Part shown: in pieces, positions 9,546-18,676 of the stretch | Layout of the letters: each line of letters opens with the position of its first letter | How positions within the stretch are numbered: the first letter of the stretch is position 1 | Source: an uncultured Solirubrobacteraceae bacterium | GTDB taxonomy: Bacteria > Actinomycetota > Thermoleophilia > Solirubrobacterales > Solirubrobacteraceae | Length of the DNA stretch: 64,000 nt | Reading direction: 5' to 3' | Assembly (NCBI GenBank): GCA_963835285.1 | Contig: CAWIEW010000017.1 | Location: forward strand, 108,171 to 172,170 | Program-made: the position numbers and the translations under genes | The notes under the pieces: generated by a model | The model's input: only the letters and a program-made list of their open reading frames with translations | Databases searched by the model: none | What the model was told of the DNA's origin: nothing

Positions 9546-10133
9546 ATGACCCCGCTCGACACGCTCGCCCCGGACCAGCGCGCTGTGCTGGAGCTCGTCC
9601 TGCGCCAGGGTCGGTCCTACGGGGAGCTCTCGGAGCTCCTCGGGATCCCCGAGCGCGACGTGCGCGCCCGCGCGGACGCCGGGCTGCGCGCGCTCGCCGG
9701 CGAGGCCGACTCGGGTGTCGACACCGGCCGCATCGCCGACTGGCTGCTCGGGCAGCAGCCCGAGGCGGAGGCCGAGCGCACCCGCACCGCGGTCGCCCGC
9801 AACGAGCCGGCGCGGGGCTGGGCCGCCGCCGCCGCGGAGCGCCTGCGCGAGCTGGGCGGCGCCGCCGTGCCGGACGTGCCCGCGGCGGAGGACGCGCCCG
9901 CGCGCCCGCAGCCGCGCCCGCGGCCGCTGCGAGATGGCGGCGCCGCGCCGCAGGCGAGCGGCGGGCGGAGCCACGGGCCGGCGGGGCGGAGCCACGGGCC
10001 GGCGGGGCGGAGCCACGGGCCGGCGGGGCGGAGCCGCGCGGCGCGGGCGCGACGCCGCCGCCCCGAGACTCTCGGGGCGCGGCCACGCGGTCGCCGATGC
10101 CGCGATCGTCGAAGCTCGGCGGGGCGATCCTGA
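9546..10133 (+). CDS. sigma-70 region-4-like HTH protein; the C-terminal third looks out of frame
   Basis: LAPDQRAVLELVLRQGRSYGELSELLGIPERDVRARADAGLRAL resembles sigma region 4. The tail runs through a 21-bp repeat and turns Arg-rich. Confidence 0.5.
   Translation: MTPLDTLAPDQRAVLELVLRQGRSYGELSELLGIPERDVRARADAGLRALAGEADSGVDTGRIADWLLGQQPEAEAERTRTAVARNEPARGWAAAAAERLRELGGAAVPDVPAAEDAPARPQPRPRPLRDGGAAPQASGGRSHGPAGRSHGPAGRSHGPAGRSRAARARRRRPETLGARPRGRRCRDRRSSAGRS
9961..10040. repeat. 21-bp tandem repeat, about 3.5 copies
   Basis: gagccacgggccggcggggcg starts at 9968, 9989 and 10010, with a degenerate copy at 10031; it encodes a 7-aa repeat in every frame. Confidence 0.85.
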
Positions 10134-10636
10134 TCGGCATCCTCGTCGTCGCGATCGCGGCGCTGATCGTCTTCATCGTCGGCAGCGGCGGTGACGACGA
10201 GCCCTCGGCGTCCACGCCGCCGCAATCGAACGCGACCGCGACCCCCACGCCGACGGCCGCGGGAGCCGGGAACGACATCGTGCTGCAGGGCACCAGCGGC
10301 TCGCAGGCCGCCGGCATCATGCGCCTGATCCCGGGCAACAACGGCAAGGTCCAGTTCGCGCTCGCCGCCCAGAACGTGCCCGCCAACAAGAACCGCGAGG
10401 TGTACGCCGTGTGGTTCACGCGCCAGGGCGCCAAGCCGATCCGCCTCGGCTTCGCGCAGGCCCAGGTGGGCAAGGACGGGGTGCTCACGACGGCCGGCCC
10501 GCAGAAGGGCGACGAGACGAAGTTCCCGCGCTGGTTCGCCACCTACAGCAAGGTCCTCGTGACGCGCGAGACCAGCGCCAAGGCGACGAAGCCCGGGCCC
10601 GCGGTCCTCGAGGGCACGTTGCCGAGCGGCGCCTGA
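10097..10636 (+). CDS. membrane-anchored protein with an anti-sigma-K (RskA)-like extracytoplasmic domain
   Basis: MPRSSKLGG plus TM helix AILIGILVVAIAALIVFIV; C-terminal ...REVYAVWF...VLVTRE...PGPAVLEG matches the RskA C-terminal layout. The frame stays open upstream of 10097. Confidence 0.6.
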   Translation: MPRSSKLGGAILIGILVVAIAALIVFIVGSGGDDEPSASTPPQSNATATPTPTAAGAGNDIVLQGTSGSQAAGIMRLIPGNNGKVQFALAAQNVPANKNREVYAVWFTRQGAKPIRLGFAQAQVGKDGVLTTAGPQKGDETKFPRWFATYSKVLVTRETSAKATKPGPAVLEGTLPSGA

Positions 10637-10641
10637 CGCCG

Positions 10642-11568
10642 GTGCTGATCGCCGGCCCGAATCTCACGATCGACCGGACATCGACCATCCCGGCGCTGCG
10701 GCCGGGCGAGGTGCTGCGCGTCGCCGACGTCAAGGTCACGCCCGGCGGCAAGGGCCTGAATGTCGCCCGTGCCGCCCGCGCGCTCGGGGCGCGCGCGATG
10801 CTCGTCGGCTTCCTGCCCGGCCGGACCGGCCGCGCGGCGGGCGAGCTGATCGCCGACGAGGGCGTGTCGCTGGCCGGCGTGACCGTCGCGGGTGAGATCC
10901 GGTCGACCGCGATCATCCTCGAGCCCGGCGGGCGCGCCACGGTCCTCAACGAGCCCGGGCCGGAGATCGACGATGACGACTGGATCGCCTTCGAGGCGGC
11001 CGTCGGCGCGGACCTCCACATGCACCGCGTGCTCGTCTGCTCGGGCAGCGTGCCGCCCGGCAGCCCCGATGACGGCTACGCACGGCTCGTCGCCCGCGCG
11101 CACCGCGACGGCGTCCCGGCGATCGTCGACGCCACCGGCCCGCTCCTCGGCGCCGCGCTGGAGGCCGAGCCCGACCTCGTGACCCCGAACCTCGGCGAGG
11201 CAGAGGGGCTGCTGCACGGGCGCGTCGACGAGGCGGTGGAGGCTTCGCCCGACGCCCAGCCGCGCGCGGAAGCCGCCGCGCTCGAGCTGGTTGCGGCCGG
11301 CGCCGGCTCGGCGATCGTCACCGCCGCCGCCGCCGGAGCCGCGCTCGCGATCGGCGACCAGGTCACCTGGCTCGCCGCGCCGCACATCGAGCACGTCCGC
11401 AACCCGATCGGCGCCGGCGACGTCCTCACCGCCGCGGTCGCCGCCGCGCTGGAGGACGGGCTCGACTTCATCGAGGCGGCGAGACGTGGTGTCGCGGCCG
11501 CGGCCGCGAGCGTGGAGGCGCCGCGCGCCGGCGACGTCGACCCGGCGCGGATGGCGGAGCTGCTCTAG
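10642..11568 (+). CDS. PfkB-family sugar kinase (1-phosphofructokinase / tagatose-6-P kinase-like)
   Basis: NLTIDRT...PGGKGLNVARA near the N-terminus and the NPIGAGDV C-terminal PfkB motif; GTG at 10642 chosen. Confidence 0.8.
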   Translation: MLIAGPNLTIDRTSTIPALRPGEVLRVADVKVTPGGKGLNVARAARALGARAMLVGFLPGRTGRAAGELIADEGVSLAGVTVAGEIRSTAIILEPGGRATVLNEPGPEIDDDDWIAFEAAVGADLHMHRVLVCSGSVPPGSPDDGYARLVARAHRDGVPAIVDATGPLLGAALEAEPDLVTPNLGEAEGLLHGRVDEAVEASPDAQPRAEAAALELVAAGAGSAIVTAAAAGAALAIGDQVTWLAAPHIEHVRNPIGAGDVLTAAVAAALEDGLDFIEAARRGVAAAAASVEAPRAGDVDPARMAELL

Positions 11569-12017
11569 CCCCGGCGCGCCTTCCAGCGCTCGAGCAGGCC
11601 GGGCAGCTCCTCCTGCACGAACGCGAAGAAGTCCGCCGTCTCGCGCAGCCGCCGCCCCGCCGGCCGGTCGCCGAGCAGGTCGGCGCCCTCGCCGGCCGTC
11701 CGCTCCCAGCGTGCGAGCAGCGCCGTGCGGTCGGCGATCGCCGTGTACCACGGGTCGTCCTCGCTGAGGCCGTAGTGGTCGCTGCGCGCGCCCGGCTCAC
11801 GGCCTCGCTGCAGCATCCGCGCCTGCACGAGGTAGCGGACGGCGCCGGACACCGCCGCCGGACTCACCTCCAACCGCTCGGCGATCTCGCCCGCGGTCAG
11901 CCGGCCGCGGTCCTCGGCGAGCACGCAGGCGAACACGCGCGACGGCATGCGCGGCATGCCGCTCTCGGTCAGATCGAGCGCGAACCGCTCGACGAACCGC
12001 CGTTCACCATCGGTCAT
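11565..12017 (-). CDS. MarR/GbsR-like winged-helix transcriptional regulator
   Basis: LTAGEIAERLEVSPAAVSGAVRYLVQARML wHTH; divergent from the ABC exporter; its stop overlaps the PfkB stop (CTAG). Confidence 0.7.
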   Translation of the reverse strand: MTDGERRFVERFALDLTESGMPRMPSRVFACVLAEDRGRLTAGEIAERLEVSPAAVSGAVRYLVQARMLQRGREPGARSDHYGLSEDDPWYTAIADRTALLARWERTAGEGADLLGDRPAGRRLRETADFFAFVQEELPGLLERWKARRG

Positions 12018-12083
12018 CCGTGCCGATTGTATGTCGTCTTCAGAACATTCACAAATCTATGAAACACCTGTAGCCTGCTCGTT

Positions 12084-12974
12084 ATGGAAACCGCCGCGAT
12101 CGAGATCTCCGGTCTGGTCAAGACGTTCGGGCCCACGCGCGCGCTCGACGGGCTCGACCTGACCGTCGCGACCGGCGAGGTCCACGGCTACCTCGGGCCC
12201 AACGGCGCCGGCAAGTCGACCACGATCCGCGTGCTGCTCGGGCTGCTGCGTGCCGACCGCGGCGACGTCCGCCTGCTCGGCGGCGACCCTTGGGCCGACG
12301 GCGTCGCCCTCCACCGCCGCCTCGCCTACGTGCCCGGCGACGTCAATCTGTGGCCGAATCTCTCCGGCGGCGAGGCGATCGACCTGCTCGGCCGCCTGCG
12401 CGGCGGGCTCGATCCGCACCGCCGCGCGGACCTGCTCGAGCGCTTCGACCTCGACCCCGCGAAGAAGTCGCGCGCGTACTCCAAGGGCAACCGCCAGAAG
12501 GTGGCGCTGATCGCCGCGCTGGCGTCGAACGCCGAGCTGCTGATCCTCGACGAGCCGACCGCGGGCCTGGACCCGCTGATGGAGTCGGTGTTCCAGGACT
12601 GCATCCGCGAGCTCAAGGCGGACGGCCGCACGGTGCTGCTCTCCAGCCACATCCTGGCCGAGGTCGAGGCCCTCTGCCACCGCGTGAGCATCATCCGCGC
12701 CGGGCGCACGGTCGAGGTCGGCACGCTCGACGACCTGCGGCACCTCACCCGTACGTCGATCATCGTCGAGACCGAGGCGTCGCCGGCCGCCCTCGCGCAG
12801 CTCGCGGGCGTGCACGACGCGGAGATCGACGGCCACGAGGCGCACTTCAGCGTCGACACCGCGCAGCTCGACGCGGTCATGCGCGCGATCACGCCGCTCG
12901 GCGTGCGCAGCCTGGTGAGCCGGCCGCCGACGCTCGAGGAGCTGTTCCTGCGCCACTACGACGGCACCGGATGA
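12084..12974 (+). CDS. ABC transporter ATP-binding protein (DrrA/ABC-2 type)
   Basis: Walker [10 protein letters not shown], signature LSGGEA-like/YSKGNRQK, Walker B LLILDEP. Confidence 0.9.
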   Translation: METAAIEISGLVKTFGPTRALDGLDLTVATGEVHGYLGPNGAGKSTTIRVLLGLLRADRGDVRLLGGDPWADGVALHRRLAYVPGDVNLWPNLSGGEAIDLLGRLRGGLDPHRRADLLERFDLDPAKKSRAYSKGNRQKVALIAALASNAELLILDEPTAGLDPLMESVFQDCIRELKADGRTVLLSSHILAEVEALCHRVSIIRAGRTVEVGTLDDLRHLTRTSIIVETEASPAALAQLAGVHDAEIDGHEAHFSVDTAQLDAVMRAITPLGVRSLVSRPPTLEELFLRHYDGTG

Positions 12975-14531
12975 CCGGAACGCTGACCCTCGCGCGGTTC
13001 ATGCTGCGGCGGGACCGGATCCTGCTCCCGGTGTGGATCGCGATCCTCGCCGGCTTCCCGATCATCACCGCCTCGAGCTTCCAGGGCCTGTACCCGACGC
13101 TCCAGGACCGGCTGAAGTTCGCAGTCCACGATCGAGGGGAACACGACGTTCACGGTGCTGTACGGGCCGGCGCGCGCGCTCGACACGATCGGCGGCCTGA
13201 CCGCCTGGCGCACCGGCAGCGTGGCGGTGATCGTCGCGCTGATGAGCTTCATGGTCGTCACCCGCCACACGCGCGCGGAGGAGGAGAGCGGCCGCATCGA
13301 GCTGGTCCGCGCCGGCGCGATCGGCGCGCGCGCGCCGGTCGCCGCCGCGCTGCTCGTGGTCGGCGGGGCCGACGTCGTGATCGCGCTGATCATCGCGCTC
13401 GGCCTGATCGCGCTCGGCCTACCGGCGACGGGGTCGATCGCGCTCGGCGCCTCGCTGGGCGCGGGCGGCCTGGTCTTCGCCGCCGTCGGCGCGGTCACCG
13501 CTCAGGTGACCACGAGCGCGCGAGCGGCCAACGGGCTCGCCGGCGTCATCCTCGGCGCGGCGTTCGCGCTGCGGGCGGTCGGCGACGTCGAGGACAACGC
13601 GCTCACCTGGCTCTCCCCCATCGGCCTCGCCCACGAGATGCGGCCGTTCGCCGGCGAGCGCTGGTGGCCGCTGCTGCTGTGCGGGCTGATCGCCGGCGCC
13701 CTCGCGGGGCTGGCGTTCGCGCTGCTCGTGCGCCGCGACGTCGGCGCCGGCCTGCTGGCCGACCGGCCCGGCCGGCCCGCCGCGACGCAGCGTCTGCGCA
13801 GCGCCCTCGCGCTCGCGTTCCGGCTCCAGCGCGGCGGGCTGCTGGCGTGGAGCGCCGGCATGTTCGTGGTCGGCGTCGTGTACGGCTCGATCAGCCGCAA
13901 CGCGCAGGACCTGATCGACACGAGCTCGAGCGTCGCCGACGTGATCGAGCGCACGACCGGGGGCAGCATCGTCGACGTCTTCTTCTCCAGCGTCCTGCTG
14001 CTCGCCGCGCTGATCGCGACGGGCTACACGATCTCGTCCGCCCTGCGGCTGCGCAGCGAGGAGACCACCGGTCACAGCGAGCTGCTGCTGTCCACGTCGC
14101 TGCCGCGCCTGCGCTGGGCCGGCGGCCATCTGCTGATCGCGTTCGGCGGCTCCGCGGTCGTGCTCGCGGCGACCGGGCTGGGCGCCGGCATCGGCACCCA
14201 GGACATGAGCGAGATCCCGCGGCTGATCGGCGCGTCGCTCGCCCAGCTGCCCGCCGTGTGGGTGCTCGGCGCGCTCGTCGCCGCGCTGTTCGGCCTCGCT
14301 CCCGAGGCGCTGCGGCTGGCCTGGGCCGCGCTCGGCGCCTGCTTCCTGTTGTGGTTCCTCGGCCCGCTGCTCGACCTGCCGAGCTGGATGCTCGATCTCT
14401 CTCCCTACGAGCACGTCCCGGCCGTCCCCGCGGTGAGCTTCGACGCCGGCCCGCTGCTCGCGCTGACCGCCGTCGCCGCCGCCCTGACGGCCGCCGGGCT
14501 GATCGGCTTCCGCCGCCGCGACACCGCTTGA
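12971..14531 (+). pseudogene. ABC-2 family exporter permease, with an apparent 1-nt insertion near 13125
   Basis: [28 protein letters not shown]... (ATGA overlap with the ATPase gene) leaves frame after ...RLKFA and continues as ..IEGNTTFTVLYGPARALDTIGG in ORF 13155..14531. Confidence 0.75.
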
Positions 14532-14564
14532 CAGCCTCGCCGGGCGAGCGTACGGTGCGGCGGT

Positions 14565-14589
14565 GACAACGTTGTCCGACAACGTTGTC
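14565..14589. promoter_or_regulatory. two tandem perfect 12-bp palindromes GACAACGTTGTC (LacI-family operator candidates)
   Basis: Copies at 14565-14576 and 14578-14589, 50-70 bp upstream of the LacI-family gene and just before a GAGGAGGAGG SD. Confidence 0.7.
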
Positions 14590-14637
14590 TGAGGAGGAGG
14601 AGACCCCCTGACTGCCCTGCGCACCACGCGGCCGACC

Positions 14638-15624
14638 ATGCGCGACGTCGCCGTGCTGGCCGGCGTGAGCCTGAAGACCGTGTCGCGCGTGATCAACGAC
14701 GAGCCCGGCGTCGCCGCGGCGACGGCAGAGCGCGTGAACGCGGCGATCGCGGAGCTGGGGTTCCAGCGCAACGACCTCGCCCGCTCGCTGCGCCAGGGCC
14801 GCACCTCCTCCACCCTCGGGCTGCTGATCGAGGACGTCGCGAACCCCTTCTACTCGGCGATCGCGCAGGCGGTCGAGGCCGCCGCCCGCGAGCGCGGCTA
14901 CATGCTCATCACCGCCTCGTGCGAGGAGGATCCCGCCCGCGAGCGCGAACTCGTCGGTGCGCTGCTGCGGCGCCGGGTCGACGCGCTGCTGCTCGTCCCC
15001 GCGGCGCGCGAGCACGCCTACCTGGACCGCGAGACCGCCGACGCGACGCCGGTCGTGTTCCTCGACCGCCCGCCGGTCGGGATCGAGGCCGACTGCGTGC
15101 TGCTCGACAACCTCGGCGGCGCCCGGACCGCGGTGGAGCACCTGCTCGCGCGAGGGCACGAGCGGATCGCCGTGATCGCCGACCCCGAGATCCTGTACAC
15201 GGCGCGCGAACGCCTCTCCGGCTACCGCCAGGCGCTCGACGCCGCCGGCGTGCCGGTGCGCGACGAGCTCGTGCGGCTCGGCTCCCACGATTCCGCCCAG
15301 GCCGAGGCCGTCGTGCGCGAGCTGCTCGCCCTCCCCGCCGACCGCCGTCCCACCGCGCTGTTCGCCGGCAACAACCGCAACACGGTCGGCGCGCTGCACG
15401 CGCTGCGCGGCGCCGAACGGCCGGTCGCGCTCGTCGGGTTCGACGACTTCGAGCTCGCCGACCTGCTCGGCACCACCGTGGTCCGACACGACAGCCCGCA
15501 GATGGGCGCGCACGCTGCCGCGCTCGCGTTCGAGCGGCTGGAAGGCGGCGTGGGAGCGCCGCGGCGCGTGGTCGTGCCGACCGAGCTGATCGTCCGTGGC
15601 TCCGGGGAGGTGCCGCCCGCATGA
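14638..15624 (+). CDS. LacI-family transcriptional regulator
   Basis: MRDVAVLAGVSLKTVSRVIN HTH plus a periplasmic-binding-fold core; a CTG start about 30 nt upstream is possible. Confidence 0.9.
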   Translation: MRDVAVLAGVSLKTVSRVINDEPGVAAATAERVNAAIAELGFQRNDLARSLRQGRTSSTLGLLIEDVANPFYSAIAQAVEAAARERGYMLITASCEEDPARERELVGALLRRRVDALLLVPAAREHAYLDRETADATPVVFLDRPPVGIEADCVLLDNLGGARTAVEHLLARGHERIAVIADPEILYTARERLSGYRQALDAAGVPVRDELVRLGSHDSAQAEAVVRELLALPADRRPTALFAGNNRNTVGALHALRGAERPVALVGFDDFELADLLGTTVVRHDSPQMGAHAAALAFERLEGGVGAPRRVVVPTELIVRGSGEVPPA

Positions 15625-16601
15625 GACCGCAGGTCCTGCCGCCGAACATACTCAGCCACTTCTACGCGGGCGGGCCGCGCATCGCCGCCCTGCGCGGGGT
15701 CGAGCTCGAGTCCGACCACATGCCGGAGGAGTGGATCGGCGCCGTCAACACGATGTTCGGGGAGACCGAGCGCGGCCTCAGCGCCTTCGCGGACGGCACG
15801 CTGGTGCGCGACGCCGTCGCCGCCGACCCGGAGGGCTACCTCGGAGCTGAGCACGTCGCCCGCTACGGCAGCGACACCGCGCTGCTCGTCAAGCTGCTCG
15901 ACGCCGGCCAGCGGCTCCCCGCGCACTTCCACCCCGGCCGCGCGTTCGCCCGCGAGTCGCTCGGCTCCGCGCACCACGGCAAGACGGAGGCGTGGCTGAT
16001 CGTCGAGGCCGAGCCCGGCGCGGCCGTGTGGAGCGGCTTCAAGGAGCCCGTCGCGCTCGACCAGGTGCGCGACTGGATGCGCACGCAGGACGCCGGCGCG
16101 ATGCTCGCCGCGATGCACGAGCTGCCGGTCTCCGCCGGCGACGCCGTGTTCGTCCCCGCCGGCACCGCGCACGCGATCGGCGCCGGGATCCTGCTCGTCG
16201 AGCTGCAGGAGCCGACGGACATGTCGGTGCTGCTGGAGTGGAACGGCTTCGAGCTCGACCCCGACGACGGGCACCTCGACCTCGGCTGGGACCGCGCGCT
16301 GCAGGCGCTCGACCTCGAGGCATCCGCGCCGCCGACGGCCGCGCCCGACCTCCCGGCCGACGCCGACCCGTACTTCCGGGCCGAACGCGTGCGCGGCGGC
16401 ACGTCGCTCGACCCTGGGTTCTCGATCCTCATCGGCCTCGAGGGCAGCGGCACGCTGGTCACCGACGGCGGCGAGGTCCCGTTCGCGCGCGGCTCCGCGG
16501 CCCTCGTGCCGTACGCGGCCGGCGCCGGCGAGGTGCAGGGCGAGGTCGCCGGCATCCGCTGCCGCCCGCCGGCGCCGGACGCCGGAGAGGGGCGCTGGTG
16601 A
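15621..16601 (+). CDS. class I mannose-6-phosphate isomerase-like cupin
   Basis: LLVKLLDAGQRLPAHFHP...KTEAWLIVEA...VPAGTAHAIG zinc-ligand pattern of type I PMI; ATGA overlap with the LacI gene stop. Confidence 0.75.
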   Translation: MRPQVLPPNILSHFYAGGPRIAALRGVELESDHMPEEWIGAVNTMFGETERGLSAFADGTLVRDAVAADPEGYLGAEHVARYGSDTALLVKLLDAGQRLPAHFHPGRAFARESLGSAHHGKTEAWLIVEAEPGAAVWSGFKEPVALDQVRDWMRTQDAGAMLAAMHELPVSAGDAVFVPAGTAHAIGAGILLVELQEPTDMSVLLEWNGFELDPDDGHLDLGWDRALQALDLEASAPPTAAPDLPADADPYFRAERVRGGTSLDPGFSILIGLEGSGTLVTDGGEVPFARGSAALVPYAAGAGEVQGEVAGIRCRPPAPDAGEGRW

Positions 16602-17908
16602 CGGGAGACCTCGTCCTCGGGATCGACGTCGGCACGACGGCGGTCAAGGCCGCGGCCTACGACGCCGATCTGAACGAGGTCGCCGCCGGTCGGGCCCCGA
16701 CCCCGTGGCGGACGGTGCCGACCGGCGCCGAGGTCGACCCCGACGAGTTGCTCGCCGCCGCCGTCGCGGCCGCGCGGGAGGCGGTCGCGGCGGCCGGCGG
16801 GCGCATCGTCGCGGTCGGCATCGCCAGCATCGCCGAGACCGGCGTGCTCGTGGACCGCGACGGCCGGCCGGTCGTGCCCGGGATCGTGTGGCACGACACG
16901 CGCGGCGCGCGGGAAGCGGAGCGCCTGGCCGCCGACCTGCCGGAGTTCCCGGAGCGGGTCGGCCTCCCCACCACCCCGCTCTGCACGCTGACCAAGTACC
17001 GCTGGATGCGCGACCACGTGCCGGAGGCGGCGCGCGGCGTGCGCTGGCACAACGTCGCCGAGTGGGTCGTCGGCGGGCTCGGCGGCGAGCCGGCCGCCGA
17101 GCTGTCGCTCGCCTCGCGAACGGGCTTCTACGACCTGCACGCCCGGGCGCCCTACGACGAAGCGCTCGCCTGGGCCGGCGCGCCGCCCGGGCTGGTCGGC
17201 GAAGCGGTCCCGGCGGGCACCCCGATGGGCACGGTCGGCGACGCGCTGCCCGAGGCGCGCGGCGCGGTGCTCACCGTCGGCGGTCACGACCACCTGTCGG
17301 CGGCCGTCGGCGCCGGCGCCGCGGGCGAGGGCGAGGTGCTCAACTCGTGCGGCACCGCCGAGGCGTTCGTGCGCGCCAGCGCGCCGCTGTCGCCCGATCG
17401 CGTCGCACACGCGGTCGAGGGCGGCGTCAGCGTCGGCTGGCACGCGGCCGAGGCGCGCCAGGCGCTGCTCGGCGCGCAGTGGTCGGGCGCCGCGCTGCAG
17501 AAGGTCCTCGCGCTGCTCGGCATCGAGCCGGACGCGCGCGGCCCGATCGAGGCCGCGGCGCTCGCGCTCGAGCAGGCCGGTCCTCCCCACCTCGCGCTGC
17601 ACGGCATCGGTGACGAGACCGTCACCCTCGCCGGCATCGGCGCCGACGCGTCACCGGCGGCCGCGTACCACGCGGCGCTCGACGCGGTCGGCGCCGGCAG
17701 CGCGGCGATCGTCGAGCGGATGGCCGCCGTCGCCGGGCCCGCGACGCGGCTCGTGGTCACCGGCGGCTGGGCCGCCGGGGAGGCCGCCCGAGCGATCAAG
17801 GAGCGCTACCTCGGCCCGTTCGAGCTACCGCCCGGCGTCGCCACCGGCGCCGCGCGCGGGGCTGCCGTGGCGGCCGGCCGTGCCGCCAACCTCCAGGAGG
17901 TGATGTGA
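16598..17908 (+). CDS. FGGY-family carbohydrate kinase
   Basis: LVLGIDVGTTAVKAA N-terminal ATPase motif; ...VTGGWA... C-terminal domain; GTGA overlap with the upstream gene. Confidence 0.8.
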   Translation: MTGDLVLGIDVGTTAVKAAAYDADLNEVAAGRAPTPWRTVPTGAEVDPDELLAAAVAAAREAVAAAGGRIVAVGIASIAETGVLVDRDGRPVVPGIVWHDTRGAREAERLAADLPEFPERVGLPTTPLCTLTKYRWMRDHVPEAARGVRWHNVAEWVVGGLGGEPAAELSLASRTGFYDLHARAPYDEALAWAGAPPGLVGEAVPAGTPMGTVGDALPEARGAVLTVGGHDHLSAAVGAGAAGEGEVLNSCGTAEAFVRASAPLSPDRVAHAVEGGVSVGWHAAEARQALLGAQWSGAALQKVLALLGIEPDARGPIEAAALALEQAGPPHLALHGIGDETVTLAGIGADASPAAAYHAALDAVGAGSAAIVERMAAVAGPATRLVVTGGWAAGEAARAIKERYLGPFELPPGVATGAARGAAVAAGRAANLQEVM

Positions 17909-18676
17909 ATGGCCGAGCCTCTCCTCGAGGCGCGCGGCATCGTCAAGAGCTTCGGCCGCGTGCGCGCGCTCCGCGGGGCGAACTTCACCGTCTACCCGGC
18001 CGAGGTGGTCGCGCTGATCGGCGACAACGGCGCCGGCAAGAGCACGCTGATCAAGGCGCTGTCGGGCGTCATCCACCCGGACGAGGGCGAGATCCTCTTC
18101 GAGGGCCGGCCCGTCACCATCTCCCACCCCGTCGCGGCGCGCGAGCTGGGGATCGAGACCGTCTATCAGGACCTCGCGCTCGCGCCCGACCTGGAGTCCT
18201 CCGCCAACCTGTTCCTGGGCCGCGAGGAGACGCGCGCGGGGCTGCTCGGCAAGCTCGGCTTCCTCGACAAGCGCGCGATGCGCCGCCGCACCGAGGAGGC
18301 GTTCAAGCAGCTCGGCGTCGGCGTGCAGGACGCCAGCGCCGCGGTCGCGACGCTGTCCGGCGGCCAGCGCCAGGGCGTCGCGGTCGCGCGCGCGGTCACC
18401 TGGGCCGGGAAGGTCGTCTTCATGGACGAGCCGACGGCGGCGCTCGGCGTCGTGCAGACCCGCAACGTGCTCGACCTGATCCGCCGCGTCCGCGATCGGG
18501 GCCTGGCCGTGGTCCTGATCAGCCACAACATGCCGGAGGTCATGGAGGTCGCCGACCGCGTCGAGGTGCTGCGGCTGGGCGAGCGCGTCGCGCGCTTCAC
18601 CACCGCGGACACGACGATGGAGGACCTCGTCGGCGCGATGACCGGCGCGCTGCAGCAGGACGGAGACCAGCCGTGA
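17909..18676 (+). CDS. sugar ABC transporter ATP-binding protein (single cassette)
   Basis: GDNGAGKSTL Walker A, LSGGQRQ signature, VVFMDEP Walker B. Confidence 0.9.
   Translation: MAEPLLEARGIVKSFGRVRALRGANFTVYPAEVVALIGDNGAGKSTLIKALSGVIHPDEGEILFEGRPVTISHPVAARELGIETVYQDLALAPDLESSANLFLGREETRAGLLGKLGFLDKRAMRRRTEEAFKQLGVGVQDASAAVATLSGGQRQGVAVARAVTWAGKVVFMDEPTAALGVVQTRNVLDLIRRVRDRGLAVVLISHNMPEVMEVADRVEVLRLGERVARFTTADTTMEDLVGAMTGALQQDGDQP

Noticed and set aside
12018-12083. An operator in the AT-richer MarR-like / ABC exporter divergent region (GATTGT...ACAAATC, TTCA...TGAA)
   Set aside because: Only imperfect short inverted repeats are present, and the statistical support is too weak to call a site.
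12290-14566. Very long alternative-frame and antisense ORFs, for example 12290..14566 +, 13419..14813 -, 13891..15513 -, 5115..6293 -, 5477..7195 + (first ~410 codons), 15863..17602 -, 18166..19848 - and 42348..44237 +
   Set aside because: They are Arg/Pro/Ala/Gly-rich with no recognisable motifs, and they overlap genes with clear family signatures. These are typical shadow ORFs of a high-GC genome, where stop codons are rare in all frames.
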